DNA of 64,000 nucleotides from Methanobacteriota archaeon. Its GTDB lineage: Archaea > Thermoplasmatota > Poseidoniia > Poseidoniales > Thalassarchaeaceae. Positions 23,171 to 31,902 of the stretch are shown here, in pieces. The stretch is taken from contig JAERST010000001.1 of the NCBI GenBank assembly GCA_016845365.1, forward strand, positions 79,666-143,665, read 5' to 3'. The notes beneath the pieces were generated by a model. The model did not search any database, was not told the origin of the DNA, and worked only from the letters and a program-made list of their open reading frames with translations. Both the position numbers and the translations under genes were made by a program. Numbering within the stretch: position 1 is the first letter of the stretch; each line of letters begins with the position of its first letter.

Positions 23171-24634
23171 TTGAGTTCATCACCAAAGCGCCGACCAGCG
23201 CGCCCCATGCAGTGGCCCATCGGCCCGTACGGAACGGCGATGTTCGCTCTCCTCGCGCTCACCATACCAGTCCAGCGCTTCCTCTCTCGCGACGAGCCCC
23301 ACATGCGCGTTCGCCTCGCAGAAATCCCCCGCGAAATCCGCGAGAAGGGCTACTGGTGGCACATCGCCTTGTACGCTGCAATGTTCATCTTCAAGGCCTG
23401 GATTGACCACCATAACGAGCCGATGAAAGCCCGCGTTGGGGGTTATACACATTGGATTCACGACATTGAAGGGGCGTGGACAGCGACCGTGCAGGAGGCG
23501 TTTTTGAACGACCTTTTGACCGATGTTTTGAGCGCACATTACCTCTTCATGTACCTCTTTATGATCTGGTTTTCGCCGATGTATTACATCCTCACGAAGG
23601 ACGAAATCATGGCCGACAAAGCCGCTCTCAACTACTTCGTAATCTACCTCCTCGCCGTGCCTCTTTACCTCTTCATGAACGTCGAGGTGACCAGCAGTTA
23701 TCTGCCCGGAGTCGATGCACTGCTCTACCATGACGCGTTCACGTTGGAGTTTTTCACAGCCAATGACCCGATGGATAATTCCGTGCCCAGCCTCCACATT
23801 GGGCTACCGATTTCCCTCCTGATTCTCAACAGACTACACTGCCGTTCTCAAGGGATTTCTATCAAGGAATGGCGGCACCGAGAATTCGACATTTTTGTGA
23901 TGGCGAATGTGGCGATTTACGCATTCTCAATTCAGTATCTCGGCATCCACTGGGTTGTGGATATCTTGCCGGGATTGTTGATGGCGGTGATTTGTGCCGC
24001 ATTCTGCCACGCGGTGCAGCCGGTGGTTCGAGCGCGAGGGGAAAATGGCTGGTCCAGTCTTCTTCCAGATAAGCGCCAGACGGCTGTCGCGCTCGTCTCG
24101 ATGTTATTGTTCAGCGGTTGGTTGGTCGTCGGCGCGGTCGATGGACCGGGCGCCGACGAAGACCTGCCGAACTATCGGTTCGGGCAGGGCGATGTGAATT
24201 TGGATACCATCGAGGTCCACTCATTGTGGGATCCGGTTGATGTCGATGTGGTGAATGTTGGCGAGTGGACCGTCGAAGTGATGTTGGTGAAATTGGATGT
24301 GGTCGAGCCTCATGCGAGTCGAGGCCACATCGATTGGGATGCTTTCGCCAGCTATGGTGAAGTGCATGCTCTGAAGGCTGGCGAAGCTGTGGAATTCGAG
24401 GTATTGACCGAGAGCCTGCGCGATATCTCATACGTTCTGATGCGGCTCTCACCCGCCGACCCAGCAACACCTACAGATGGGGTCGGCGAATTACGAATCA
24501 CACCGCACTACGTCGATGACGAACTCATCTGGAGTGCGGTGCTCGCAAGTTGGCCGGCCTTCATCATCTTCGGAATTTCTGTCGAAGGCCTCATCTTCCG
24601 AGAGGTAGAGGAAGCGGATGCTTCTACTCTGTGA
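23171..24634 (+). CDS. PAP2-superfamily (PAP2_3 / IPC-synthase-like) membrane protein with a soluble C-terminal domain of about 150 aa
   Basis: NSVPSLHIGLP (PSGH-like) and GIHWVVDILPG (HxxxD) in a polytopic membrane domain. The start codon is uncertain. Confidence 0.5.
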   Translation: MSSSPKRRPARPMQWPIGPYGTAMFALLALTIPVQRFLSRDEPHMRVRLAEIPREIREKGYWWHIALYAAMFIFKAWIDHHNEPMKARVGGYTHWIHDIEGAWTATVQEAFLNDLLTDVLSAHYLFMYLFMIWFSPMYYILTKDEIMADKAALNYFVIYLLAVPLYLFMNVEVTSSYLPGVDALLYHDAFTLEFFTANDPMDNSVPSLHIGLPISLLILNRLHCRSQGISIKEWRHREFDIFVMANVAIYAFSIQYLGIHWVVDILPGLLMAVICAAFCHAVQPVVRARGENGWSSLLPDKRQTAVALVSMLLFSGWLVVGAVDGPGADEDLPNYRFGQGDVNLDTIEVHSLWDPVDVDVVNVGEWTVEVMLVKLDVVEPHASRGHIDWDAFASYGEVHALKAGEAVEFEVLTESLRDISYVLMRLSPADPATPTDGVGELRITPHYVDDELIWSAVLASWPAFIIFGISVEGLIFREVEEADASTL

Positions 24635-24637
24635 ATT

Positions 24638-24792
24638 AACCACAGAGGCACAGAGAACGCAGAGTGTAATCGACATACTCGTCGGCGAGCAATGTCACGC
24701 TGTGTGCCTTGTGTGCTCCGTGTGATGCTTGCTCGGTGGTGGGTGGGCAGCGAGCACAGCGGCTGCGTCCGCCGCGTTCTCAGCGAGAGGTC
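24638..24792 (-). repeat. intergenic repeat, family 1 copy C (reverse orientation, with an internal inverted part)
   Basis: The reverse complement reads cctctcgctgagaacgc...gctgcccacccaccaccgagcaagcatcacacggagcacacaaggcacac, matching 6703-6770. Lies between convergent genes. Confidence 0.65.
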
Positions 24793-24821
24793 ACGGACAG
24801 CGCCTGGAGATCGACGCAGTT

Positions 24822-25229
24822 TCACAGGTAGATGTGCGACAGGATGCCTCCGATGAAGAGGCCTGAGACCGTTCCGAGTCCAATCCATAAACCCACTCGG
24901 AACGGTGGATAATTCCGCTGCCAAATGACAGTGCTCTGATGAATCCAAAGCAGAATCATCGGGATGAACCAAACGAAGAAAATCAACTGCGGCAAGAAAG
25001 CAAAGAGCGCTCCAACATACATCCCGCCGATCAACTCAGCCTTGCGCCCGTCGCCAGCCTGAGGGTAGAAGGCAAATTGCAGCACCAATATCATAGTCAG
25101 CAGAAAGGGCGCAAGCAAGGAACCCTCGGTGAAGAAGGAATGCTCAACAAGATACGGAAGGGCCGCAGCGACCATTCCAAGAAGCAAGGGACCGAAGACC
25201 AACGTGCGCGGAAGAGAGTCCCACTTCAT
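24822..25229 (-). CDS. small four-helix membrane protein
   Basis: 135 aa, almost entirely hydrophobic helices. Confidence 0.5.
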   Translation of the reverse strand: MKWDSLPRTLVFGPLLLGMVAAALPYLVEHSFFTEGSLLAPFLLTMILVLQFAFYPQAGDGRKAELIGGMYVGALFAFLPQLIFFVWFIPMILLWIHQSTVIWQRNYPPFRVGLWIGLGTVSGLFIGGILSHIYL

Positions 25230-25335
25230 GGCGCTGGGGCCTCCTCAACACCAATGAACACTGCGAATCCAACCCCAGAACGCCAACTCGATTCATCCGA
25301 AAGGTATTCTTTAGATTTCCAGACCTCACAGGTTC

Positions 25336-26250
25336 ATGGCGGACGGTCAGAAGGGTCAGATTGTAGCGGGTTGCCTTGCTCCTCACCCCCCTCATCTCGT
25401 ATACGCGGACAACCCCCCCGAGAACGAGGCCTACTCCGAAGGTGGTTGGGAAACCCTGCGCTGGGGCTATCAACGCCTGGCTCGTAAATTGAAGAATATC
25501 GATTACGACGCTATCGTCATTTTCACGCCGCATTGGCAGACCTATATCGGGACTCATTTCCTAGGTCTGCCCCAATTCAAATCAAAGTCCGTCGACCCGG
25601 TTTTTCCCAATCTATTCCGCTACAATTACGATCTGACGGTCGACGTCGAATTAGCCCAAGCGATGCACGATGAGGCAGCCGCGCAGGGCATCATCACCAA
25701 GATGATGAAAAATCCAGATTTCAGAGTCGATTACGGCACCATAACCAGTTGCCATCTGCTAAACCCAGAATGGGACAAGCCAATCGTGACGATTTCCAGT
25801 AATCGCAACACCCACTATTACTCGCCTGAAGTCATGGTCGAGCAGGCGACCGCGCTTGGCCGAGCTTGTGCAAAAGCCATCGAGGAGAGCGGCAAGCGCG
25901 TCGTGCTCGTAGCCAGCCACTCACTTTCCCACAGGCACTTTGTGGAGGAAGCACCACTGCCCGAGGACATGAGTCGGGAGCATATCTACAACCATAGCCA
26001 GTACGTTTGGGACATGAAAATAATCGAAATGATGCGCGAGGGCAAGAGCCGCGAAGTCATCGATATCATGCCAGAATTTACCGAGCAAACAATCGCAGAA
26101 ACCGAGGGCGGCGGCCTCATTTGGATGCTCGGAGCGATGGGTTATCCAGAATTCCCCGCCGAGATTTACGGCTACCAATCGGTCATCGGAACAGGCAATG
26201 TCGTCGCTTGCTGGGACCCGAATGACGAGACGCGGGAGTACGTCCTGTAG
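25336..26250 (+). CDS. class III extradiol ring-cleavage dioxygenase, LigB/AmnB-like catalytic subunit
   Basis: N-terminal IVAGCLAPHPPHLVY (His ligands), ...FTPHW..., ...ASHSLSHRHF...; 304 aa. Confidence 0.7.
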   Translation: MADGQKGQIVAGCLAPHPPHLVYADNPPENEAYSEGGWETLRWGYQRLARKLKNIDYDAIVIFTPHWQTYIGTHFLGLPQFKSKSVDPVFPNLFRYNYDLTVDVELAQAMHDEAAAQGIITKMMKNPDFRVDYGTITSCHLLNPEWDKPIVTISSNRNTHYYSPEVMVEQATALGRACAKAIEESGKRVVLVASHSLSHRHFVEEAPLPEDMSREHIYNHSQYVWDMKIIEMMREGKSREVIDIMPEFTEQTIAETEGGGLIWMLGAMGYPEFPAEIYGYQSVIGTGNVVACWDPNDETREYVL

Positions 26251-26258
26251 GTGATTGA

Positions 26259-27194
26259 ATGAGCGAATCAAACGAACCTGAGATCCTCTTCGGCATCTAC
26301 TGCCCACCTCATCCTCAACCGCTTCTTTCTCCCGACGCCAGCGCCGGATATGGCAAGTTGCGAGCGGCATTCGATGAGTGCCGTCGGCGGATTGAGGAGA
26401 GCGAGGCGGACATCATCCTAGTTTATTCGACGACTTGGGCGAGCATCATTGGGCATCAAATTCAGGCGCTCGAGAAGGCGGTTTGGACCCACGTCGACGA
26501 TGATTTCCATTATCTGGGCAGCATGCCGTACGAATTTGCGATGGATACTGAGTTTGCCCACGCGATGAAGGCGAATTGTGAGAAGCGTGGGCTGGAAGCG
26601 CGAACCGTCGAATACGAAGGATTCCCAATCGATACGGGTTCGGTAGTTGCTTTGCAATTGCTGAATCCTGAGAATCGGATTCCTGCTTGCATTCTTTCGA
26701 GCAATATGTATGCGAATCGAGCCGAGACGATTGTTCTCGGAAAGGCGGCTCGCGATACCTTGGCGGCTCAAGGCAAGAAGGCGGTCGTCGTCGTTGTCTC
26801 GAGTCTCTCGAATCGTATGTTTACCGAGCATATCGATCCTGCAGAGGACCGCATTCACTCGCAGAAAGATGATGATTGGAATCGCAAGATTCTCGAGTTC
26901 TTCGGAGATGGACGATTGGAGGATTTGAGTCAATTGAGTCGAGATATTCACGGTCAGATTCGTGTTCAGAAAGTCGTCGCCTACAAGCCAGCTTGGTGGA
27001 TGGCGGCGACGATGGGCCAGCACAATAACTACGATGGAGAAGTGCTGGCTTACGAAGCGCTTCACGGCAGCGGCGGAGCGGTCATCACCCTCACGCCGGC
27101 GAGCGGTTCGGTCGGCGACAAGGAATTCGATGAGGACGATGTCGAGTTTTATCGTGGCGACCGAAACGTGCTCGATAAGGGGATGTTGGAATGA
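26259..27194 (+). CDS. LigB-family paralog (AmnA-like non-catalytic partner subunit?)
   Basis: Collinear with 25336..26250 (ILFGIYCPPHPQPLL, VYSTTWASIIGH, VVSSLSNRMF), but the first His-His pair is degenerate. Confidence 0.6.
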   Translation: MSESNEPEILFGIYCPPHPQPLLSPDASAGYGKLRAAFDECRRRIEESEADIILVYSTTWASIIGHQIQALEKAVWTHVDDDFHYLGSMPYEFAMDTEFAHAMKANCEKRGLEARTVEYEGFPIDTGSVVALQLLNPENRIPACILSSNMYANRAETIVLGKAARDTLAAQGKKAVVVVVSSLSNRMFTEHIDPAEDRIHSQKDDDWNRKILEFFGDGRLEDLSQLSRDIHGQIRVQKVVAYKPAWWMAATMGQHNNYDGEVLAYEALHGSGGAVITLTPASGSVGDKEFDEDDVEFYRGDRNVLDKGMLE

Positions 27195-27856
27195 GCGAGG
27201 ATGCACAGACAGAGCCGGAGGATGAAGGCTCGACTTTCATGCATCGTCTGGAGATGATTCTCGACCTCATCGAAGCACCCGATGAGGTCATCGATGCGAT
27301 TTACGAAAATTATGGCAAATCGATGGTTAGCGCCGCTGGCGGCGCCGTCGGCGCAGCGGCTGGAGTCGCTGTCGCCGGTCCAGTCGGTGGAATGTTAGGC
27401 GGAGTCGTCGGAAAGCGAACGGCTGGCAAATTAACCAATGAGGACGGCCCAATCATGTCGGAAAATGCTCCCCAGGCCGTCGGTGCATATCCGCACGCTT
27501 TCCGCGTTGGAAATCTGATTTTTGTTAGCGGAATCGGACCGCGCCAGCCCGAGACCGATGAGATTCCTGGCGGGCCGATTCGCGACGCGGATGGTAATCC
27601 ACTCGATTACGACATCCGTGCCCAAACCAAGGCTGTCATCGAGAATATCAAGACGATTCTCGAAGATGCTGGCTCATCCCTCGACAAGGTGGTTGATTGC
27701 CACTCATTCCTTGTCGATATGGACCGCGATTTCGCTGGATACAACGAGGTCTACGCTGAGTATTTCTCAGATATCAGATGCGCTCGCACGACCGTTGCCG
27801 TGCGAGCCCTCCCGACCCCAATCGCGGTCGAACTCAAGGTCATCGCCAAGGCCTAA
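27191..27856 (+). CDS. RidA/YjgF/L-PSP family deaminase with an N-terminal extension of about 85 aa
   Basis: C-terminal APQAVGAYPHAFRVGNLIFVSGIGP...TKAVIENIKTILEDAGSSLDKVV...ARTTVAVRALPTPIAVELKVIA. ATGA overlap with the upstream gene. The extension contains a Gly/Ala-rich hydrophobic stretch. Confidence 0.8.
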   Translation: MSEDAQTEPEDEGSTFMHRLEMILDLIEAPDEVIDAIYENYGKSMVSAAGGAVGAAAGVAVAGPVGGMLGGVVGKRTAGKLTNEDGPIMSENAPQAVGAYPHAFRVGNLIFVSGIGPRQPETDEIPGGPIRDADGNPLDYDIRAQTKAVIENIKTILEDAGSSLDKVVDCHSFLVDMDRDFAGYNEVYAEYFSDIRCARTTVAVRALPTPIAVELKVIAKA

Positions 27857-27900
27857 TTTGGGCGATTTCAGGCCTAATTTCGGCGATCTCAAATCGCACT

Positions 27901-28278
27901 TCAAGAATCGGCGAAGACCTTGTAATCCTCACTCAAGGGAGTTGCTCCCGTCTCGGTTAGAATGACTTGTCCATCCTTGAATCGGTGAAAACTCAGAACC
28001 GCTTCTGATGTGGAGCCATTGGCAAAATGCACAATCGAATGTTCGACGCCGACATCATCATTCTCAAACAGGATTCGGTAATTTTCTACCTTTATCCCTC
28101 CGCTACCTGCGAAACCAATCATATCTGATTTTGTAATCTCAGTGCCGGAGGCATGGGAAATGAATCGATAATCGTCGTGGAAAAGTTGCTTCATAATTTC
28201 AATATCGAGGTTTTCAAACGCCTCGCGCATCATCTCTAATTTACTCATTGAATCGGAGAGATGTCCAACGCGTATCAT
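27901..28278 (-). CDS. SnoaL/NTF2-like small protein
   Basis: Trimmed to Met28 to avoid overlap with the upstream gene. Carries an LFHDDYRFISHASG...VLSFHRFKDGQV pattern. Confidence 0.4.
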   Translation of the reverse strand: MIRVGHLSDSMSKLEMMREAFENLDIEIMKQLFHDDYRFISHASGTEITKSDMIGFAGSGGIKVENYRILFENDDVGVEHSIVHFANGSTSEAVLSFHRFKDGQVILTETGATPLSEDYKVFADS

Positions 28279-28312
28279 GGTTTCGTAGCGAATTTGGCCC
28301 AGCCAAAATCCT

Positions 28313-29332
28313 TCAATTCCCGTCGCCAATTCGTTCCACAGTACATCCGGCCGGTGCACTCACAGGATTGCAAGCCACCGGCCCATTCGGCACCTCGACC
28401 CAGTAATCGATGCCATCGACCGGTGCCGGATAATCGGTAGAAACCGAGTGCGCGCCAACCGCAAAGGCAGCATCGCGCCTCGCCGTATCATTATCATCAG
28501 CCTCACCATCTTCGGCATTATCCGCACGCGAGCGAACGATGTAACCCTCCTCGACCAAGCGAGTGATCTCTTCGCCCATCCCCAAAGGGTTAGTCTCAGA
28601 ATAAATCGCAGCGGTATCGCTCGCCTCATCATTCATCGTAAACATCAGCGAGCCATTCAACCCGGGATACGCAGAAACGTAAGCATCCCGCACATCCCCA
28701 TCAGCGAGCAGAATGAACATCGCCTTCCCGCGAGAATCATCCAACAAAGGCCAACCAACCTCGGTCACAGCCTCGCGCAAAGTCGCAGACTCTCCCCTAA
28801 CATCTTCGGGAGTAATCGTTTTCTCACGAGGCCAAAATTCTGCGATTTCGGCCTCGATTTTCTCGAGCATCTCCTGTAATTCAAGCACAACCGTCTCGTC
28901 GGTGCTCGACCTCACCCATTCCTTCGGCTCAACCCATATCATCAGAGGGACATGAGAGGGGTTGTCGTTCGACCAAGAAAGCAGGGTGCCAAGGCATTCT
29001 TCGAAGGTTGCGCAATTGCTGCGGAAATCGTATTGATTATGGTAGACATACAACTGCCCACGCGGGTCCCACCAAACGTCCAACTCAAACTGCCTAACGT
29101 GGTACTCCTCCGCTTGCACGTCCAATGGTTCGTGTGAATAATCGTAAGCGCGAATGGTCGGCCCGAACGGCTTCAAGTGGTAGGAATTGTGCGTGCCGAG
29201 AACCTGAATGTGATTGATTCTGAGTGGCTCGGGGGCGTCTGAGGCGGCGCCGCCGGGGCTGAAAATGTCGATGCAACCGGCGGCGGGTGCGCTGAGCATC
29301 AGCAAACACAGGGCGAGCGCGGTGGACCTCAT
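28313..29332 (-). CDS. secreted PI-PLC-like phosphodiesterase (lipobox signal peptide)
   Basis: Signal peptide ...SAPAAGC. Catalytic-type motif HIQVLGTHNSYH. Confidence 0.65.
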   Translation of the reverse strand: MRSTALALCLLMLSAPAAGCIDIFSPGGAASDAPEPLRINHIQVLGTHNSYHLKPFGPTIRAYDYSHEPLDVQAEEYHVRQFELDVWWDPRGQLYVYHNQYDFRSNCATFEECLGTLLSWSNDNPSHVPLMIWVEPKEWVRSSTDETVVLELQEMLEKIEAEIAEFWPREKTITPEDVRGESATLREAVTEVGWPLLDDSRGKAMFILLADGDVRDAYVSAYPGLNGSLMFTMNDEASDTAAIYSETNPLGMGEEITRLVEEGYIVRSRADNAEDGEADDNDTARRDAAFAVGAHSVSTDYPAPVDGIDYWVEVPNGPVACNPVSAPAGCTVERIGDGN

Positions 29333-29418
29333 TCTCGATTGAGCGAGATTGGCTCGACGGGATGAAAGGTTCGTTGATTAACAACGAGTCGAGGTTGCGA
29401 CGATGAGTGGCTCCCGGA

Positions 29419-29472
29419 GGATGAATCGTTCCCAGGGGATGGATCGTTCGCAGGGGAAGAATCGTTCGCAGA
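29419..29472. repeat. three tandem 18-nt direct repeats
   Basis: GGATGAATCGTTCCCAGG / GGATGGATCGTTCGCAGG / GGAAGAATCGTTCGCAGA, located 87-140 nt upstream of the PI-PLC-like start at 29332. Confidence 0.9.
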
Positions 29473-29501
29473 GTTAGCACCGGATTCGCTGGATGAGCGA
29501 A

Positions 29502-29990
29502 TCAGTGGTGGTGGCCGCCAGGGCCGTGGACGTGACCGTGGGAAAGCTCCTCGGCCTCGGCTGCGCGGACATCGACTACCTCGACGCTGAATCGCAGCGT
29601 CTTGCCAGCCATCTGGTGGTTGAAGTCGACGGTGACGATGTCGTCTTCGACCGCGGTGATTGTGAATGGTAGCGGACCTTGGTCGGTCTGAGCTGCCATC
29701 ATGACGCCAATCTCGATTGGCATCTCAGGAGGGAATTGGTCGCGAGGAACTTGCTGGATTGCTCCATCGTCGCGCTCGCCGTATGCACGGTCTGGGGTGA
29801 GTGTGAACTCACGCTTCTCGCCGACTGCGGCTCCCATCATTTCTTCCTCAAATCCAGGAATCATCTGGTTGTGGCCAACCAGATAGTGAAGGGGCTGGCG
29901 CCCCTCGCTGCTGTCGAATACTTCTCCATCGGGGAATGTACCTGTGTAGTGTACTGCCGCGACCATGTCCTTCTCGATGACTGCTGTCAT
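29502..29990 (-). CDS. slyD: FKBP-type peptidyl-prolyl isomerase, SlyD-like, with a His-rich tail
   Basis: VHYTGTFPDGEVFDSS...LVGHNQMIPGFEEEM, an IF-domain insert, and a C-terminal HGHVHGPGGHHH. Start trimmed to MTAVIEKD. Confidence 0.85.
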   Translation of the reverse strand: MTAVIEKDMVAAVHYTGTFPDGEVFDSSEGRQPLHYLVGHNQMIPGFEEEMMGAAVGEKREFTLTPDRAYGERDDGAIQQVPRDQFPPEMPIEIGVMMAAQTDQGPLPFTITAVEDDIVTVDFNHQMAGKTLRFSVEVVDVRAAEAEELSHGHVHGPGGHHH

Positions 29991-30132
29991 GGCTCGGTCG
30001 CGGCGCGCACCCCTTCTAACTCTGATGGTTGGGAGAAATACGAATTTTCTAGTCAGCACAGCGTTATTCGTCGAATTCAGAGGTACGCTGGAACGAAGTA
30101 ACGTTCAACACAGTCGGTTTGTTGGCGCGACC

Positions 30133-31797
30133 ATGCCCAATCGAAGTCCCAAGGACTTGGTCGGAATTGTTCTGCAGCCATTGGAGATGGTCACGGAGAC
30201 CTTCGAGAGGCGCTTGGGCTTGTTCGCGGTAGTCATCATCTCGCTGCCTGTCGGCTCTGGATTGTTCATCTTGCCTTCCTTGGCGATGAAGGAGATGGGC
30301 GGAGGGGTGCCGATCGGTGGTGTTTGGTTGGCTTATCTCATATCCGCCCTCGTCGTCCTTCCCGGAGCCCTTTCGAAGGCTGAGTTGGCTGCTTCGATGC
30401 CGACTTCGGGTGGCTCGTATGTGTATATTCAACGAACCTATGGTCCATTACTTGGAACGATTTCTGGTCTTGGATTATGGGCTAGTTTCATGCTGAAGTC
30501 GGCATTCGCTCTGATTGGATTCAAGGCTTATCTTTGGGTGATGGAGGACCTTGTTGGGGTTTCCATCAATATCGAATACGCAGCCTTGGTTTTACTTCTG
30601 TTAATCGTCTGGATTAACATTCTCGGGGTCAAGAAAATCAAGACGGTTCAGACCCCGATTATTCTGCTATCGATGGGTTTCTTGCTAGCGATTTGTTTCT
30701 GGGCGATGGCAACCATGCCGATGAATTGGGATAATGTGTTCAGTCGTGAGGCATTTGGAACGGATTGGAATGCCATCGCCAAAACTTCGGCCTTCGTTCT
30801 CGTCGCATATGCCGGTGTGACAAAGGTCGCCGCCGTCGGTGGAGAGATCAAGAAACCAGGTAAGAATCTGCCATACGGGATTTTGCTATCTCTGCTCTTC
30901 TCCGCCGCCCTCTACATCTTCGTCACCATGGTGATGGCGGCGACATTGGAGCCATCCGCCTACATGGCGGCAGATGGCCACCACGCACGCGAGGACCCAG
31001 TCTACATCTTTGCGCAAGCCGTAGGAGGCGATTTGGTGGGAGAAGCCGCCGCAATTCTCGCAATCGCAACGGTGACCTCGATGGCGCTTGCAGGAATCAT
31101 GGCCTCCTCACGATTCCCATTCGCCATGGCGCGTGACCAACTCCTTCCTCAGATTCTTGAAGACGTCCACGCGCGCTACGAAACTCCTCACTGGGCAATC
31201 CTTCTGACCGGGGGCTCAATGGCTGCTGCGATCACTTTCCTGCCGGTGCACGATGTCGCAGAACTCGCCTCAGGATTCCAGATCATGATATTCGTCGCAA
31301 TCAATGCCTGCGTCATCGTTCTGCGACGCTCATTGAAGTCTCATAATTGGTACAAACCAGAGTGGAAATCCCCGCTATACCCCGCAGTTCAGTTCTTCGG
31401 CATCATCTCTGGTACCTTCCTTTTCGTGATGATGGGAGAGAAGGCTTTCATCGGCGGAGCAGCGGCTGTAATCCTCGGATTCATCATCTTCAAGACCTAC
31501 GGAGAGAGACATTTCTCGACTGAAATCACCCCTTGGGAGACTTTCCGATTGATGTTCAGAGACCCTGACGAGGCCGAACACCGCCGCCGTCTCGCAGCAT
31601 TCCACGCCGCCGACCGAGGCCGAAACAACCACCTAACGCTCTACGAATTCATCGGCGCGATGGAAGCCTTGGAGTGCTGCGATGAAGGACCAGACGCTCT
31701 GCGCGAATATTTCCATGCGGCTGACGAGGATGAGGACGGAGTAATCGATATCGAGACCTTCCTCAATAGTGTGGAAATCCACGGCTCATCAGAGTAA
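30133..31797 (+). CDS. APC-superfamily amino-acid permease fused to a C-terminal EF-hand pair
   Basis: About 12 TM helices (SGGSYVYIQRTYGP motif). C-terminal DEDEDGVIDIETF is a canonical EF-hand loop (31723-31758), preceded by a degenerate one (DRGRNNHLTLYEF). Confidence 0.8.
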   Translation: MPNRSPKDLVGIVLQPLEMVTETFERRLGLFAVVIISLPVGSGLFILPSLAMKEMGGGVPIGGVWLAYLISALVVLPGALSKAELAASMPTSGGSYVYIQRTYGPLLGTISGLGLWASFMLKSAFALIGFKAYLWVMEDLVGVSINIEYAALVLLLLIVWINILGVKKIKTVQTPIILLSMGFLLAICFWAMATMPMNWDNVFSREAFGTDWNAIAKTSAFVLVAYAGVTKVAAVGGEIKKPGKNLPYGILLSLLFSAALYIFVTMVMAATLEPSAYMAADGHHAREDPVYIFAQAVGGDLVGEAAAILAIATVTSMALAGIMASSRFPFAMARDQLLPQILEDVHARYETPHWAILLTGGSMAAAITFLPVHDVAELASGFQIMIFVAINACVIVLRRSLKSHNWYKPEWKSPLYPAVQFFGIISGTFLFVMMGEKAFIGGAAAVILGFIIFKTYGERHFSTEITPWETFRLMFRDPDEAEHRRRLAAFHAADRGRNNHLTLYEFIGAMEALECCDEGPDALREYFHAADEDEDGVIDIETFLNSVEIHGSSE

Positions 31798-31902
31798 GAC
31801 GACCCCATCATCAGCCAATCAATCGCCCTCAGCCCACGAAATCCACCGTCGGTTGATTGAAGGCGAGCACCACGCTCGCAAACTCCCCGAGGTGCTCCCA
31901 AG

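Noticed and set aside
29419-29472. CRISPR-like array (also considered for the 9-mer repeats at 6743-6768)
   Set aside because: The units are contiguous with no spacers, there are only three copies of 18 nt (or 9 nt), and no cas genes are present. They were classified as tandem repeats.
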